64,000 bases of DNA, taken from contig OX597819.1 in the NCBI GenBank assembly GCA_951406725.2, positions 11,780,001-11,844,000 on the forward strand, read 5' to 3'. Each line of letters starts with the position of its first letter. Positions within the stretch are counted from its first letter, which is position 1. Below the pieces are notes generated by a model that ran no database searches, was not told the DNA's origin, and saw only the letters and a list, made by a program, of their open reading frames with translations. The translations under genes and the position numbers were made by a program. Shown here in pieces: positions 1 to 12,640 of this stretch. The stretch is from Octopus vulgaris (lineage: Eukaryota).

Positions 1-284
1 GTGCACTTGGTTGGAAAGGCTTTTTTTTTTCATTTTCTCCTGAAAATTAAATCAACCAGTTAATACGCATATTGTAAATACAATATGTAAGCGGAACAAT
101 AAATATACGCAAGCTTTTTCGCAAGTTCAAATTGTGACGCTGCTTTTTTCTACGTTCCAGCGATGAACTTTGTATATTTTTTAGAAACCAGCTCCTTCTT
201 TACTTCAACTAATTAAAAAAAAATGGAAGCGAATACACATACACAAATACATGCATACATACACACTCACACACCACACACATA

Positions 285-347
285 CCTACCTACCTACATA
301 CATACATACATACATACATACATACATACATACATACATACATACAT
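285..347. repeat. (TACC)/(TACA)n microsatellite
   Basis: Direct reading; further (TACA)n at ~1667-1738. Confidence 0.95.
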
Positions 348-716
348 AGTGAGAATTTACAAAAGAAGACAAAGATGGGTGTGTAAACAACAAACAGATG
401 TATTAGTTTAACGCTCGGGAAGTGGGAAAGTCTTTTACGTTTCGAGCCCACGCTCTTCGACAGAAAGGAACGCGGAAATAAACAGGGAGAGAAAATAGAA
501 AAAGGTTTTGTGGCTAGCGATCTATCATGGCGAATGCCGGACAAACGGGTCACACAGGAGATCTAGGAAGAAGTACATATATATAGTGAGAATTTACAGA
601 AAGACAAAAGACGAAGACGGGTGTGTAAACAGCAAACAGATGTATTAGTTTAACGCTCGTGAAGTGAGAAAGTCTTTTACATTTCGAGCCTACGCTCTTT
701 GACTAGCGATCTATAC
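347..716 (-). mobile_element. Two tandem copies (second internally deleted) of a short Penelope-like non-autonomous element with a hammerhead-like motif (family F)
   Basis: 347-575 and 585-716 repeat each other. Homologous copies lie at ~19845-20025 (+), ~63645-63825 (+) and, partially, ~46395-46465. The minus strand at 432-467 reads cttt CTGTCGA a gagc gtgg gctc GAAA cg TA aaag. Flanks are TA/TACA repeats. Confidence 0.6.
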
Positions 717-1406
717 ATACATGATGGTTGTCCACTCATGGTCGAAAAAGACTGTCATTGACCATTGTCCATGCAAAATGCTTTCAATGCCTGTGCATTA
801 GGTTATTGCACCTGCAGTCGGTTTCACCCGGGTTCGCACGCGCAGCTTCCTTACTTGCCAACTTCTACTCGACTGGTCGTCGGATAATAGTCACCCCGTT
901 GGTGATTACGCAACCTAAAATTTTAGGTCCAATTTGGCTTGCACAACACCTCGCAAATCCTCTATCGACAGACAAGCCAAGGCAATGTATCAAGTGTCAA
1001 TATGGGTTGCAGGCTCAGGAATGTGGGAACGCCATGATCTCAAGCGCAAGCAACGATCCCCAAAACATTTCAATGCCATTCCCTGCATATCCGGTTTTCT
1101 CCTAGAGACATATTCTATAAAATGCTAAGGAATGCCTCACTCCCAGCGGTCTTCAAGCACGACGGACACCAGCCCGGACATACAGACAGACACAGTCTGG
1201 ATAAGCTTGGATTTTCAGAAAAAGAAATCACCCAAATGATTCGGTCAATCTGGAAGCGGAAGAGACTTTTCTCAGGTTTAAAATGTGACATTGTTTTCGT
1301 TATCTACATTCCAAAGATGGAGCTTTCACTCATTGTTAGAAAGCAGCTTCTTCTTTAGAGGATGAATTTAAATGTTTAAAAACACAAGAGAAACGTACAT
1401 ACATGC

Positions 1407-1830
1407 ATTATTGGGGTCCTGGGATATGTAACACACTACCTTAACACCAATCTTGAGAAATTAAGCTTCTCAAAAGCAGAAAGGAGTAAGTTAATTCGAA
1501 GACTACAGATCCAGTCCATCAGTGGAACTGTAAAAATCTGTAAAACTTTCCAGAAGTTTATCATTTAAAAATATACGAGCATGTCTAGATATGGAACTAT
1601 ATGCATGAGAATACAATACATGAAGCAAAACATACAAATCTGCACATACACACACACACACACATGCATACATACATACATACATACATACATACATACA
1701 TACATACATACATACATACATACATACATACATACATACCCTGTTGTTGATGTTGAAATTCCAGTGAAGGAGCCTTGGATCTAGATTAGAAACCGGTTCT
1801 TTCTCTATTGGCAAGAAATCTTGAAATAAA
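1407..1830 (+). mobile_element. 3' end of an RLE-type non-LTR retrotransposon (C-terminus plus 3'UTR)
   Basis: 1407-1568 reads IIGVLGYVTHYLNTNLEKLSFSKAERSKLIRRLQIQSISGTVKICKTFQKFII*, matching the IIGxLG...LQ...KI C-terminal pattern of RLE LINEs. A second similar piece, SLDKLGFSEKEITQMIRSI, lies at ~1194-1250. AATAAA near 1826. Confidence 0.65.
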
Positions 1831-2173
1831 ACTGATCTGTGACATATATATGTATCTGATGTATATATATTTACTTAATGTGTGCAATTTTTTCCCAGTA
1901 CTGAGATTCCAGGTTCGATCCCGTTGCGTGGCACTATGGATTACTTTGGCTCCGGGTTGGCCCGAGTCTTGTGGTTAAACTTAGTGGGAGACATAAACTA
2001 AGGAGAAACCCTTTGGTTAAACTCTGTAATTCAAAAGAACGGCCTCAAAAGAGGTTATGTCATTGATACTATGCGACTATGTTGGTTAGTAGACGAGTCT
2101 TTCGGTGAGTAGAAAGTTCGTTTGAATGAGCGAGTGAATACTCTTCGTCGAAATCGACTGAGATCCAATTGCT

Positions 2174-2223
2174 ATAGATAGACAGACAGACAGACAGATA
2201 GATAGATAGATAGACAGACAGAT

Positions 2224-2274
<51 letters not shown>

Positions 2275-2290
2275 GGATAGACGGATAGAC

Positions 2291-2346
<56 letters not shown>

Positions 2347-2353
2347 GATAGAC

Positions 2354-2442
<89 letters not shown>

Positions 2443-2443
2443 T
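2174..2443. repeat. (GATA)/(GACA)n compound microsatellite
   Basis: Direct reading. Confidence 0.95.
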
Positions 2444-3859
2444 ATGAATGGGATTGATAAGTTGTGTGGACGTGTATTAATAAACACACACATACACACT
2501 CTTCTTAATTTAAACTGTTATTGTTTGACAGCCAACACCGTCCTCTTCCCTCGCGTTTTCTACCCCCGCTCCTTTTCCCCCTGCCCTGCATCCACTCACC
2601 CACCCCCGCCTTCACCGACCAAATTCCTGACTCCTCTAGAAAGAGAACGGCGGGAGGCAGAGAGAAAGAGGGGGGCGCGCTGTATGTTTAAACAGCAATC
2701 ATAGCCGTGTTATGTCACAATATCAGTCGGAAGGTATTTCCGGTTTCTTAGAGTGGCTGGAAGGAGAGGGAAGGCAAAGGAGGATATGAATGTGGGGGCG
2801 GTCGCAAAGCTCTGAGAGATGATGATGGTGATGGTGGTGGTGGTGGTGGTGCTGTTGCTGATGTGGTTATTGTGGTGTGTGTGTGTACGTTGTGCTTTGG
2901 TTACTGTTGCTATAACGGTTGTTATGGTAGTGTGCGTGCAGTTGTGATTATTGTTGTGGTACTAAAAACAAAATAGGATGGTCACGGCGGGAACGGGTTC
3001 GATAATTGGGTTATTATTACTGTTGTGTGTGTGTGTATGTGATGTGGTGGTTTGTGGTGTTGTTGCGGTTTTGTTTGATGTTATCAGCTCCTGGTTAGCT
3101 ATGATCCCGTAGACCTATGATCAAACCCGTGGAACTAGGACAACGTTATTCTTTAAGATGACTGGATATAATTTTACAGAGAGATTTGATTGTTATTTCT
3201 AGCGACCGCGTGGAGGCTTCTTCCTCATTAACTTTTAATGCGGCGGTGGTGGTGAGGTAATTTATTGAGCGTTTAAAAAGAGCTAAGAGAATATAATCCG
3301 GACGGAGGTACCAATTCCCATGCAGTTCCATGGATACTGCGAACGTATTGACTTGTCTTTCCTTTTTGGCTTATCCATGAGTAGAGAGATAGCAAGTGTA
3401 CATGAAGTTAGGCACTGGCTTCTAGAAACAGCCCAGGTACAGTAGAATTGATTCTGTTACTGTCTCTGCAATACCGTCGACCAACAACGGAAAAAGCCGA
3501 CCACATTTATGTTCGTGGTGGGTGTATTAATACGTTGGAGGAGAAGTCAGTGGTATGAGACTGTATGTAAGGGTATTAGAAGGGTGGGCATTGATTGAGA
3601 ATAGGTCGGGAACACGGGATGAATCCCTATATTCGAGAATTGCGGGTTCAAGAACGCTTATCCTTCTACACTTCATAAGCTGGGTCGAAATACATTGCTT
3701 TGTTTCGATTAATTTTGAAGAAAATAAAGAATTCAGTAAAATACTGGCTAATCCTTCGCATAACATAAAGAATCTAAGGCGGGAAAGAGGTTGATTGACG
3801 TCTACACACCGACATTCTGTAGACCAATATCGAAGGTTCGCCATGTTAGTATTCAGCTG

Positions 3860-4662
3860 GGATCTTTTCCTTTTGAACGGCACTTTGTAACATAATTTCT
3901 AGGTAACTAAAAAGTTTTAAACTTCGTATACTGGTAGAATGTGTTTATAAAACATCATTTTCTCTTGGCTTTATTGAGAAAATTCTATAGGTTGTAACAT
4001 ATTCCGTCTAAAATTTCCAGCATTTCGGCAATTTTAACCAATCGATTACCTCCATTGACGTAAACAACATTCTGTGCATAATGAATATGTCCCTCGTTTA
4101 AGAAACATATTGGGTTTATTTACATTTGTGAAGAAAAAAAGATATCCTTCCCCAACCCCTAACCCTAACTAACTCTAACTCTAACCCTAAATCTAAAATA
4201 GATTGAAATGCAATAGATCGATACTAGGGCCATAATTATGGGTGACATTTTCATTTGACACCGCTAGAAAAAAATCCCATTTTCCGTAGCGGTGTCGTAT
4301 GAAATTGTCACTCATAATTATAACCCTAGTATCGATCTATTGCATTTCAATCTATTTTAGATTTAGGATTAGGGGTGGGGGAAGGATATCTTTTTTCTTC
4401 ACAAATATAAATAAACCCAATCTGTTTCTTAAACGAGGGACATATTCATACAGCACGGAATGTTGTTTACGTCAATGGGGGTAATCGATTGGTTAAAATT
4501 GCCGAAATGCTCGAGTTTTCAGACGAAATATCTTACAAATTTTCTCAATAAAGCCAAGAGAAAATGATGTTTTATAAACACATTCTACCAGTATACGAAG
4601 TTTAAAACTTTTTAGTTACCTAGAAATTATGTTACAAAGTGCCGTTCAAAAGGAAAAGATCC
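3860..4662. mobile_element. Foldback MITE, ~800 bp, almost entirely inverted repeat
   Basis: Termini GGATCTTTTCCTTTTGAACGGCAC / GTGCCGTTCAAAAGGAAAAGATCC. The arms pair inward to a centre near 4277. The 8-bp flanks ttcagctg (3852-3859) and ttcagttg (4663-4670) look like a TSD. GG termini with an 8-bp TSD suggest Merlin or MULE (inference). Confidence 0.85.
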
Positions 4663-5852
4663 TTCAGTTGGTCTTTAGAACATTAATGAACATGGAATTT
4701 TGAGGGAAGATTTTAATTTAGGTCTCTTTAAGACAGGAAGTTTATATATCATAAAAGCAAGGGCGGTTTCCATCTCAGTCTGGTTGTGGAATGTATTTTG
4801 GAAATGGAGAAGGCTTAGCTGATGTCGCTGGTAATAAGAACGCTACATGTAAACATGTGGCAGAGTAATTGTGGTGCTACAGGTTACATGTAGGAGATTT
4901 TGCTTTGTTAACGTTATCGTGTTTTCTCTGATGGATTTGCGAATAATGTGGCGATTGTGTCGAAGCGGTGTTGTATGGAAGTTTTGGTGATTTGGTCGTA
5001 GTTACTGAAGGGGTAGAGGGTTATTAACGGTTAACCCAGGTCAGTTCTTACCGAGCAGACCTTTGATGAAAGGCTTCCCAAATGTGGCCGTCATGTCTTT
5101 TTCTCGTCAGCAAAAAGAAACCAACGCAAATATTATCTCATTTCTGAGACGGTTGCGGGATTATTGATTGCGGTAGATTTGGCTGCTATTTCTAACAGGT
5201 CCAGCGCCTATGTTGAATGAGATTGGTGTTTGCGTGGGTGGTGGTGGTGGTAGTGGTTGCGTGGGTAGTGGTGGTGGTTGCGTGGGTGGTGCTGGGGAGG
5301 ATGGTGAGATAGGTTCATTAATAAGAAAGTTGTGTTAGAATTTTTCCTGTCCTAGAAATCATCCAGAATGTAGTTTCTATGGCAACTTACGTATCATGTA
5401 TATGTACATGTTCCCTGGCAACACGTACGCGTGTGTGTGTGTGTGTTTATGTATTTCTGTGTGTGTATATATATGTGTGTGTGTGTGATAAACGAGGTTT
5501 TATCTCAAATTGAGCTGCTTTTCATTACGCTTGTTTCACACACGTGTGTGAAAGTGTGTGTGTATATACAATTTACAAAGTATATATATTTTATTATTAA
5601 ATAACATACATTCATATATTACATATTTTCCCATGTTTATATACACGCTATTTGTACATATAATATATACACAAACGTATATACGTATGTATGTGTGTGT
5701 GTGTATGTATGTATGTATGTATGTATATACGCACGTGCGTGTGTATGTGTGTACAACTGTAAACAGATTCTCTGAAATTGAATAGTGGGGGGTGTCCAGT
5801 ACGTATATCTGGGTCTTGGCGCACCTTTGGGGTATCTTTATAAAAAGGAATG

Positions 5853-5891
<39 letters not shown>

Positions 5892-6675
5892 TCAATGACA
5901 GTCTCACGTATACGCACGCACGCACACAAACACACACACACACACACACGGCATGTCGTGCCAAAATGTCTGCCATCGGAGATGTAATTACTTCCTGTTG
6001 TGTCATTGTTATAGGAGGGGGGAGGGGCTATAGTTGATATAGGGAGTAGTAGGGGGAGGTGTGTGAAGTAATAATCCGGAGAAGGGGGAGGTTATAATGG
6101 GTGTGGGGGAGCGCGGAGGGAGGGGGGCATTAGTACGGAAGGTCAGGGAGAGCGGGAAGCTATATATACGAGAGATGGCGACCTCTTCGAGGAGCGGAGT
6201 ATGTATATGATTGGGATGGAGGGGTCGTTAGAGTAATGGAGATGCATAAATATGTAGATAGAGAAGGGGGCAGAGAGGATATCTTAAAAATAAGACTTCA
6301 ACAATATTCTCCCACCACCTCACCCCACCGCTTCGACACAGATGCCACCTCCCTCTCCACCTCACCACCATTCCACCACTCCACACGCGCGAGCCATTGC
6401 AATACCATCCTCACCCCGTCTACACCAATCCCGTCACCACATGACTCCATATCAGAGGGAAGCTCTACGTGGTAACTGGACCTGCAAGAAATAGCAACTA
6501 AAACTCCCTCAGATTATATACTAATTTAGGAAAAGAAAGGATACTTTGGAGAACACAATCCTGGATGATTCACTGATATGATCATCATCAATCTACTTGA
6601 TCAAGACTGACCTAAGGTTAAACAACGACCAAAAGCTGGCCTAATCTTTTCTTTCTTTTATTATTTCTCTTGCAT

Positions 6676-6900
6676 TAAGGCATCGAGCTGGCAGAAACGT
6701 TAGCACGCCGGGCGAAATGCTTAGCGGTATTTCATTTGCCGCTACGTTCTGAGTTCAAATTCCGCCGAGGTCGACTTTGCCTTTCATCCTTTCAGGGTCA
6801 ACAAATTAAGTACCTGTTGCATACTGAGGTCAATCTAATCAACTGGCCCCCTCCCCGAAAATTTCGGGCCTTGTGCCTAGAGCAGAAAAGATTATTTCTC
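6676..6900 (+). mobile_element. tRNA-derived SINE family B
   Basis: Head ggcgagctggcagaaacgttagc...gttctgagttcaaattcc (Pol III box B-like) and central gcctttcatcctttcggggtcgat, which resembles the Meta-SINE domain as I recall it. Many further copies, e.g. ~17800-17975, 18110-18327, 25575-25778, 35372-35582, 48185-48560, 51192-51420, 53570-53795. Confidence 0.8.
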
Positions 6901-6989
6901 TCACATTCCCTTATCCACCAACCCCTTTTTTCACTCATTTTCTTCTTTCTCTTTCCTCTCCCAAGCCTTATGTTACACCTGTTCTTATT

Positions 6990-7170
6990 ACAGTTCTATA
7001 TTTAAGTGATGAGGAATTATGTACATATGGCATAGTGGTTAAGAGCGCAGGCTACTAACCCCAAGATTCCGAGTTCGATTCCAGGCAGTGACCTGAATAA
7101 TAATAATAATAATAACATCAAAAAATACCCTAGGAATGAGAACCTAGATTCAAAATTTCCTCAAGACACC
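6990..7170 (+). mobile_element. Composite repeat: tRNA-like segment plus (AAT)n plus Penelope-like terminal sequence
   Basis: ggcatagtggttaagagcgcaggctactaaccccaagattccgagttcgattcc is tRNA-like. Homologous pieces occur at ~41630-41682 and ~42176-42350. Confidence 0.5.
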
Positions 7171-7569
7171 TTTTATCCAATCTGTTACCAGGCTACTTCA
7201 AAATAACAGACCTCATCCAAACCCTCATCATTTACCCTTTCTTGACCCTTACTTACTATATTACATGCATGGGGATTTTAGACACACCCCTCCACTTTCA
7301 GCAACATGGTTTCAAATTTTGGCACAAGGACAGCAATTTGGGGGGAGTGGGGTGAGGACTAGTCCATTATATTAACCCCAGTGCTCGACTGGTCTTTATT
7401 TTATTGACTTCAAAGTCTTCCTAATGAAGCACAAGATCTCCAGTTCCCCCGGCCACCCTTGTCCAACCAGCTCTTGACTTTGTCCATTCATTGTATTCTT
7501 TGTCTGCCTCTTGGTCAACCACCCTCGACTTCCTCCTGTAATGCTTTCCAAGCTGCTGCTTCTCCAAAT

Positions 7570-7954
7570 GGATGGAAGCACTCCGTCGGTCACGATGACG
7601 AGGGTTCTGGTTGATCCGAATCAACGGAACAGCCTGCTCGTGTAATTAACATGTAAGTGGCTGAGCACTCCACAGACACGTGTACCCTTAACGTAGTTCT
7701 CGAGGATATTCAGCGTGACACAGAGAGTGACAAGGCCGGCCCTTTGAAATACAGGTACAACAGAAACAGGAAGTAAGAGTGAGAGAAAGTTGTGGTGAAA
7801 GAGTACAGCAGGGATCACCACCATCCCTGCCGGAGCCTTGTGGAGCTTTAGGTGTTTTTGCTCAATAAACACTCACAACGCCCGGTCTGGGAATCGAAAC
7901 CGCAATCCTACAACCGCAAGTCCGCTGCCCTAACCACTGGGCCATTGTGCCTCC
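7570..7954 (-). mobile_element. tRNA(Arg-like)-derived SINE family C
   Basis: Full-length copy with TSD gcttctccaaat (7558-7569 / 7955-7966). Confidence 0.9.
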
Positions 7955-8024
7955 GCTTCTCCAAATAATGGCCATAATAGATGAGCTTTTATTTTTTCAT
8001 AATATTCAGGAGTTGTCTTTCACC

Positions 8025-8525
8025 CATCATCATCATCATCACCATCACCATCATCATTTAATGTCCATTGTCCATGCTGGCATGGGTTGGACAGTTTGAC
8101 CAGTGCTGGCAAGCTGGAAGGCTGCACCAAACTCCAGACTGATTTGGCATGGTTTCTACACAGCTGGATGTCCTTCCTAACGCTAACTACTCCAAGAATG
8201 TAATGGGTGCTTTTACATGCCACCGGCACAGGTGCCATTTGTGTGACTCCCAGTATCTGCCACAACTGCAATTTTACTTGGCTTGATGGGTCTTCTTCTC
8301 AAGCACGACATAACACCAAGGTCACAGTCATTGCCTCTGTGACGCCCAACACTCAAAGGGAGCTCAGCTACTTTGCTTCCCTGAGGCTCACCACTCGAAA
8401 AGAGCTCGGTCACCTTGTCTCTGTGAGACCCGGTGCTCAAAAGGTGCTTTTTACATGACACCATCATCAACCACAACTACAGTTTCACTTAGCTCAACAG
8501 GTCTTCTCGAGCACAGCATATCACC
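8025..8525 (-). mobile_element. Older RTE-type LINE 3'UTR fragment (module D) with (GAT)n tail
   Basis: Reverse complement of the ggaagggcatccagctgtagaaac...acgttaaatgatgat terminal module. Confidence 0.7.
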
Positions 8526-8880
8526 AATTTGTTGTAAAACCCATTCATTTGTCCCACATCCCTCTACAAAGCTCAAATATAAGTCACATCGGAGTATTGC
8601 TGTCATATATTGAAAACAGTGTTGCTGCCACTGCCACCGAAGGACATAAAAACATTCTGGAACATGAATGAATGAAAGTTATTCATTGAATTGTAAAGAG
8701 CTCCCTCACCTGTACACCTCACAATAAAAATTCCCTCACCCACCCAAACTCATGGATTTGATGTGTCCTTTAAGTGTTTAAACTTCATTCTTCTCTTCTA
8801 AACACAATAACTGTTCACTCACCTACCAAACTTCACCCATCATTTCCCCTCTCATTCTTGCTATTTTTTATCCCCCATAC

Positions 8881-9590
<710 letters not shown>

Positions 9591-10017
9591 TATCATCGTC
9601 ATACTCACTCAGCAACACCAGCTCACAGCAAAAATCCATTCACAAACACATCGTCATCATTTTAATGTCCACATTGAGGCAGACTTTCTCTGGCTGGATG
9701 CCCTTCCTGTTGCCAATGCTCACCTGTTTACAAGCAAGGTTAGTATGTCTCTCTGGCCAGACTAGACATTTGTATGATGGTAATATTTCTTTACAATATT
9801 CATGTGATATCAAGACAACTTTACATGTATTTTTGTTTGTCTTAATAATTGATGAGATGCCGGAGCAGATTTCTGCCCCGACATCCGAAACTCGGAGTTT
9901 TATTATGGCAACCGAATAATTGTCACATATATATTACAGATAGATTCCTCTATTTACATAATATTGAGGTCTCATTCATTCTTTTGTTGTCTTACTATTA
10001 CTATATATATATATATA

Positions 10018-10720
10018 AGGGTTGGCAATGTGTACTCTGAAGAATTCAAGGTAGAGGTTGGGGTCCACCAGGGTTTAGTCCTCAGCCCCCTCCTATTTAT
10101 CATAGTCCTCCAGGCAATTACAGAGGAATTCAAGACAGGATGCCCATGGGAGCTCCTCCAACGACAGGCACCCATGCCAACCTCCCTTCATTGGACACTA
10201 AACTCTGCTTGCGAAGACCTGTTGGGGCAAGTGAAATCGGAATCGAAATTGAACCAATCCTATGACTGGCACCCGGCAGTTGCCAGGGCCGCTGGACTGA
10301 CTCCTGTGCAGGTGGCAAGTAAAGAAACACCATTTCAACCCTGTGCTTGAGGAGATCCATTGAGTCAAGTACATCAACATCAAAAATCAATGGAAACTGC
10401 AGTTGTGATCCCTGTGCCGGTGGCACATAAAAAGCACCATCCGAACATGGGCGATGCCAGCGCCGCCTTGACTGGCTTCCATGCCGGTGGCACGTAAAAA
10501 ACACCAATCCGATCTTGGCTGTTGCCAGCCTCGCCTGGCACGTAAAAAGCACCCACTACACTCACAGAGTGGTTGGTGTTAGGAAGGGCATCCAGCTGTA
10601 GAAACACTGCCAGATCAGACTGGAGCCTGGTGCAGCCTTCTGGCTTCCACAGATCCCGGTCGAACCGTCCAACCCATGCTAGCATGGAGAAAGACGTTAA
10701 ATGATGATGATGATGATGAT
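10018..10720 (+). mobile_element. Internally deleted RTE-clade LINE: short RT fragment fused to the 3'UTR
   Basis: 10018-10158 encodes RVGNVYSEEFKVEVGVHQGLVLSPLLFIIVLQAITEEFKTGCPWELL (RT motif GVxQGxxLSPLLF, ending just before the expected YADD). The 3'UTR modules and a (GAT)n tail follow. Confidence 0.85.
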
Positions 10721-10934
10721 ATTTATATATTATATATATATTTATATCTATATATATATATATATTATATATATATATATCATCATCATCATCATCATCG
10801 TTTAACGTCCATTCTCCATGCTAGCATGGTTGACTTCGACCGGTCTGGGAAGCAGGGCTCAGGCTCCAGTCTATCTGGCAATGTTTCTACAGCTGGATGC
10901 CCTTCCTAACTCCAACCACTCCGTGAGTGTAGTG

Positions 10935-10970
<36 letters not shown>

Positions 10971-11095
10971 GCACAACAAACAGGCTTTGGGTGGACTGAG
11001 GCTATAAGAGAAGACACCAAGGTGGTGTGCAGTGAGATTGAACTTGAAACCTCATCGTTGGGATGCAACTGTGCCTGCACCAATCTATATACATG

Positions 11096-11127
<32 letters not shown>

Positions 11128-11279
11128 TGTATATATATATATATATATTATATTATAAGTGCGTGTTCCATTGTGTGTGTGTGTGTACACATCCAGTATT
11201 TGTAGAGAGGTATGTTGTGAAAACTATGCACAGTCATATCCCCACTGCGACCTCCACCACCATCATACTACCTTACACG

Positions 11280-11310
<31 letters not shown>

Positions 11311-11845
11311 TACTCTCTGGAGAACCAGCTACAAAATAATTTATAAAAAGAAAATACACGGATCCCCCCCCTCCTCCACTTTCGGCAGTATGTTGTTCTC
11401 TTGTGTGTGTGTGGGAGGAGCGGGCAACAGGCTCAGCTTCAATGAGAAGTTATAGGTTGGTTCTTTCTCCTGAAACTGTATATTACTGAAGTAAACCAGT
11501 AAATAAATAACTGAAGACTTCCAGAATCTCTTGAAGTCAAGGATTTATTCCACAAAAGTTCATGCCATATTTTTTTTTCTTCATTCTTGATATTCTGTTG
11601 TGGGTCTTGTTTTAGGCAATTTGCCAGAAATTCCTTTCTGTGAGTTATTTACCTGTCACTGACCTCTTGGTGCCAAGAATAAAATTCCATCTTTCCATCC
11701 ATCTCTGGCCCAAACCTTGGCTGCTTTGACTTTATTGACTTTGGAGAAGAAACAACTAATTCTACAAGGTGGATTGGCGATGATGACAGGTTAATGTACT
11801 TCACAGATGCAGGTGTTACTGTTGTCTGAATCAACTATACACACA

Positions 11846-11890
<45 letters not shown>

Positions 11891-12338
11891 ACACACATAC
11901 ACACAAACACACACACACACACATGCACGCACACATACATGTACATGCAGGGTGGCAGGGTCGTTAGAGTGTTGGAAAGAATGCCTCATAGTATTTATTC
12001 TGAAACTCAGCATTCTAGTTTCAAATCCCACCTTTGCCTTTCATCCTTTCGGAGTCAAAAACAAGAAAAAAAATGTACCAACATAACGTCATACCTTGCA
12101 GTATTTATTCCTGTTTTTTGTCTTCTAAATTCAAAGCCTGCTGTTGCCTTTGTTGTGGAAAAAATTAATCTGTTGCCCAGTTTGACAACACCACCAGGTA
12201 CCTGAGATACATTTTGTAGAGTCCACTCTGATTTAAGCCCAAGAGTCCCAGAAATCATTAGAAGAAAAATGGACACTGCTTTGCCTCAATGAAGAAAGAC
12301 TGAAATTGATTGGTCAGTTTTGCCTTCCTGCTCTCTTA

Positions 12339-12640
12339 AACGATAAACGTCACTCTTTTCAAGCCTAGCCAGGCTCATGGGCCCGGTTTCCCGGTTTCTG
12401 TGGCATATGTGTTCCCCCCAGCTGGACGGGACGCCAGTCCATCGCTGAGTTTCTCAAGAAACAGGATGAGAGAGTGAGAGAAAGTTGTGGCGAAAGAGCA
12501 CAACAGGGGTCGCCACCACCCCCTGCCGGAGCCTCGTGGACCTTTTAGGTGTTTTCACTCAATAAACACACACAACGCCCGGTCTGGGAATCAAAACTGT
12601 GAGTCCGCTGCCCTAACCACTTGGCCATTGCGCCTCCACT
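12339..12640 (-). mobile_element. SINE with family C head and an alternative (V-domain-like) tail
   Basis: TSD ctgctctctta (12328-12338 / 12641-12651). The tail motif gcgatggactggcgtcccgtccag has a close match in 62170-62420. Confidence 0.85.

Noticed and set aside
728-1190. Complex sequence with 125-aa and 64-aa ORFs
   Set aside because: No recognisable domain in the frames I translated and no convincing splice sites; left unassigned.
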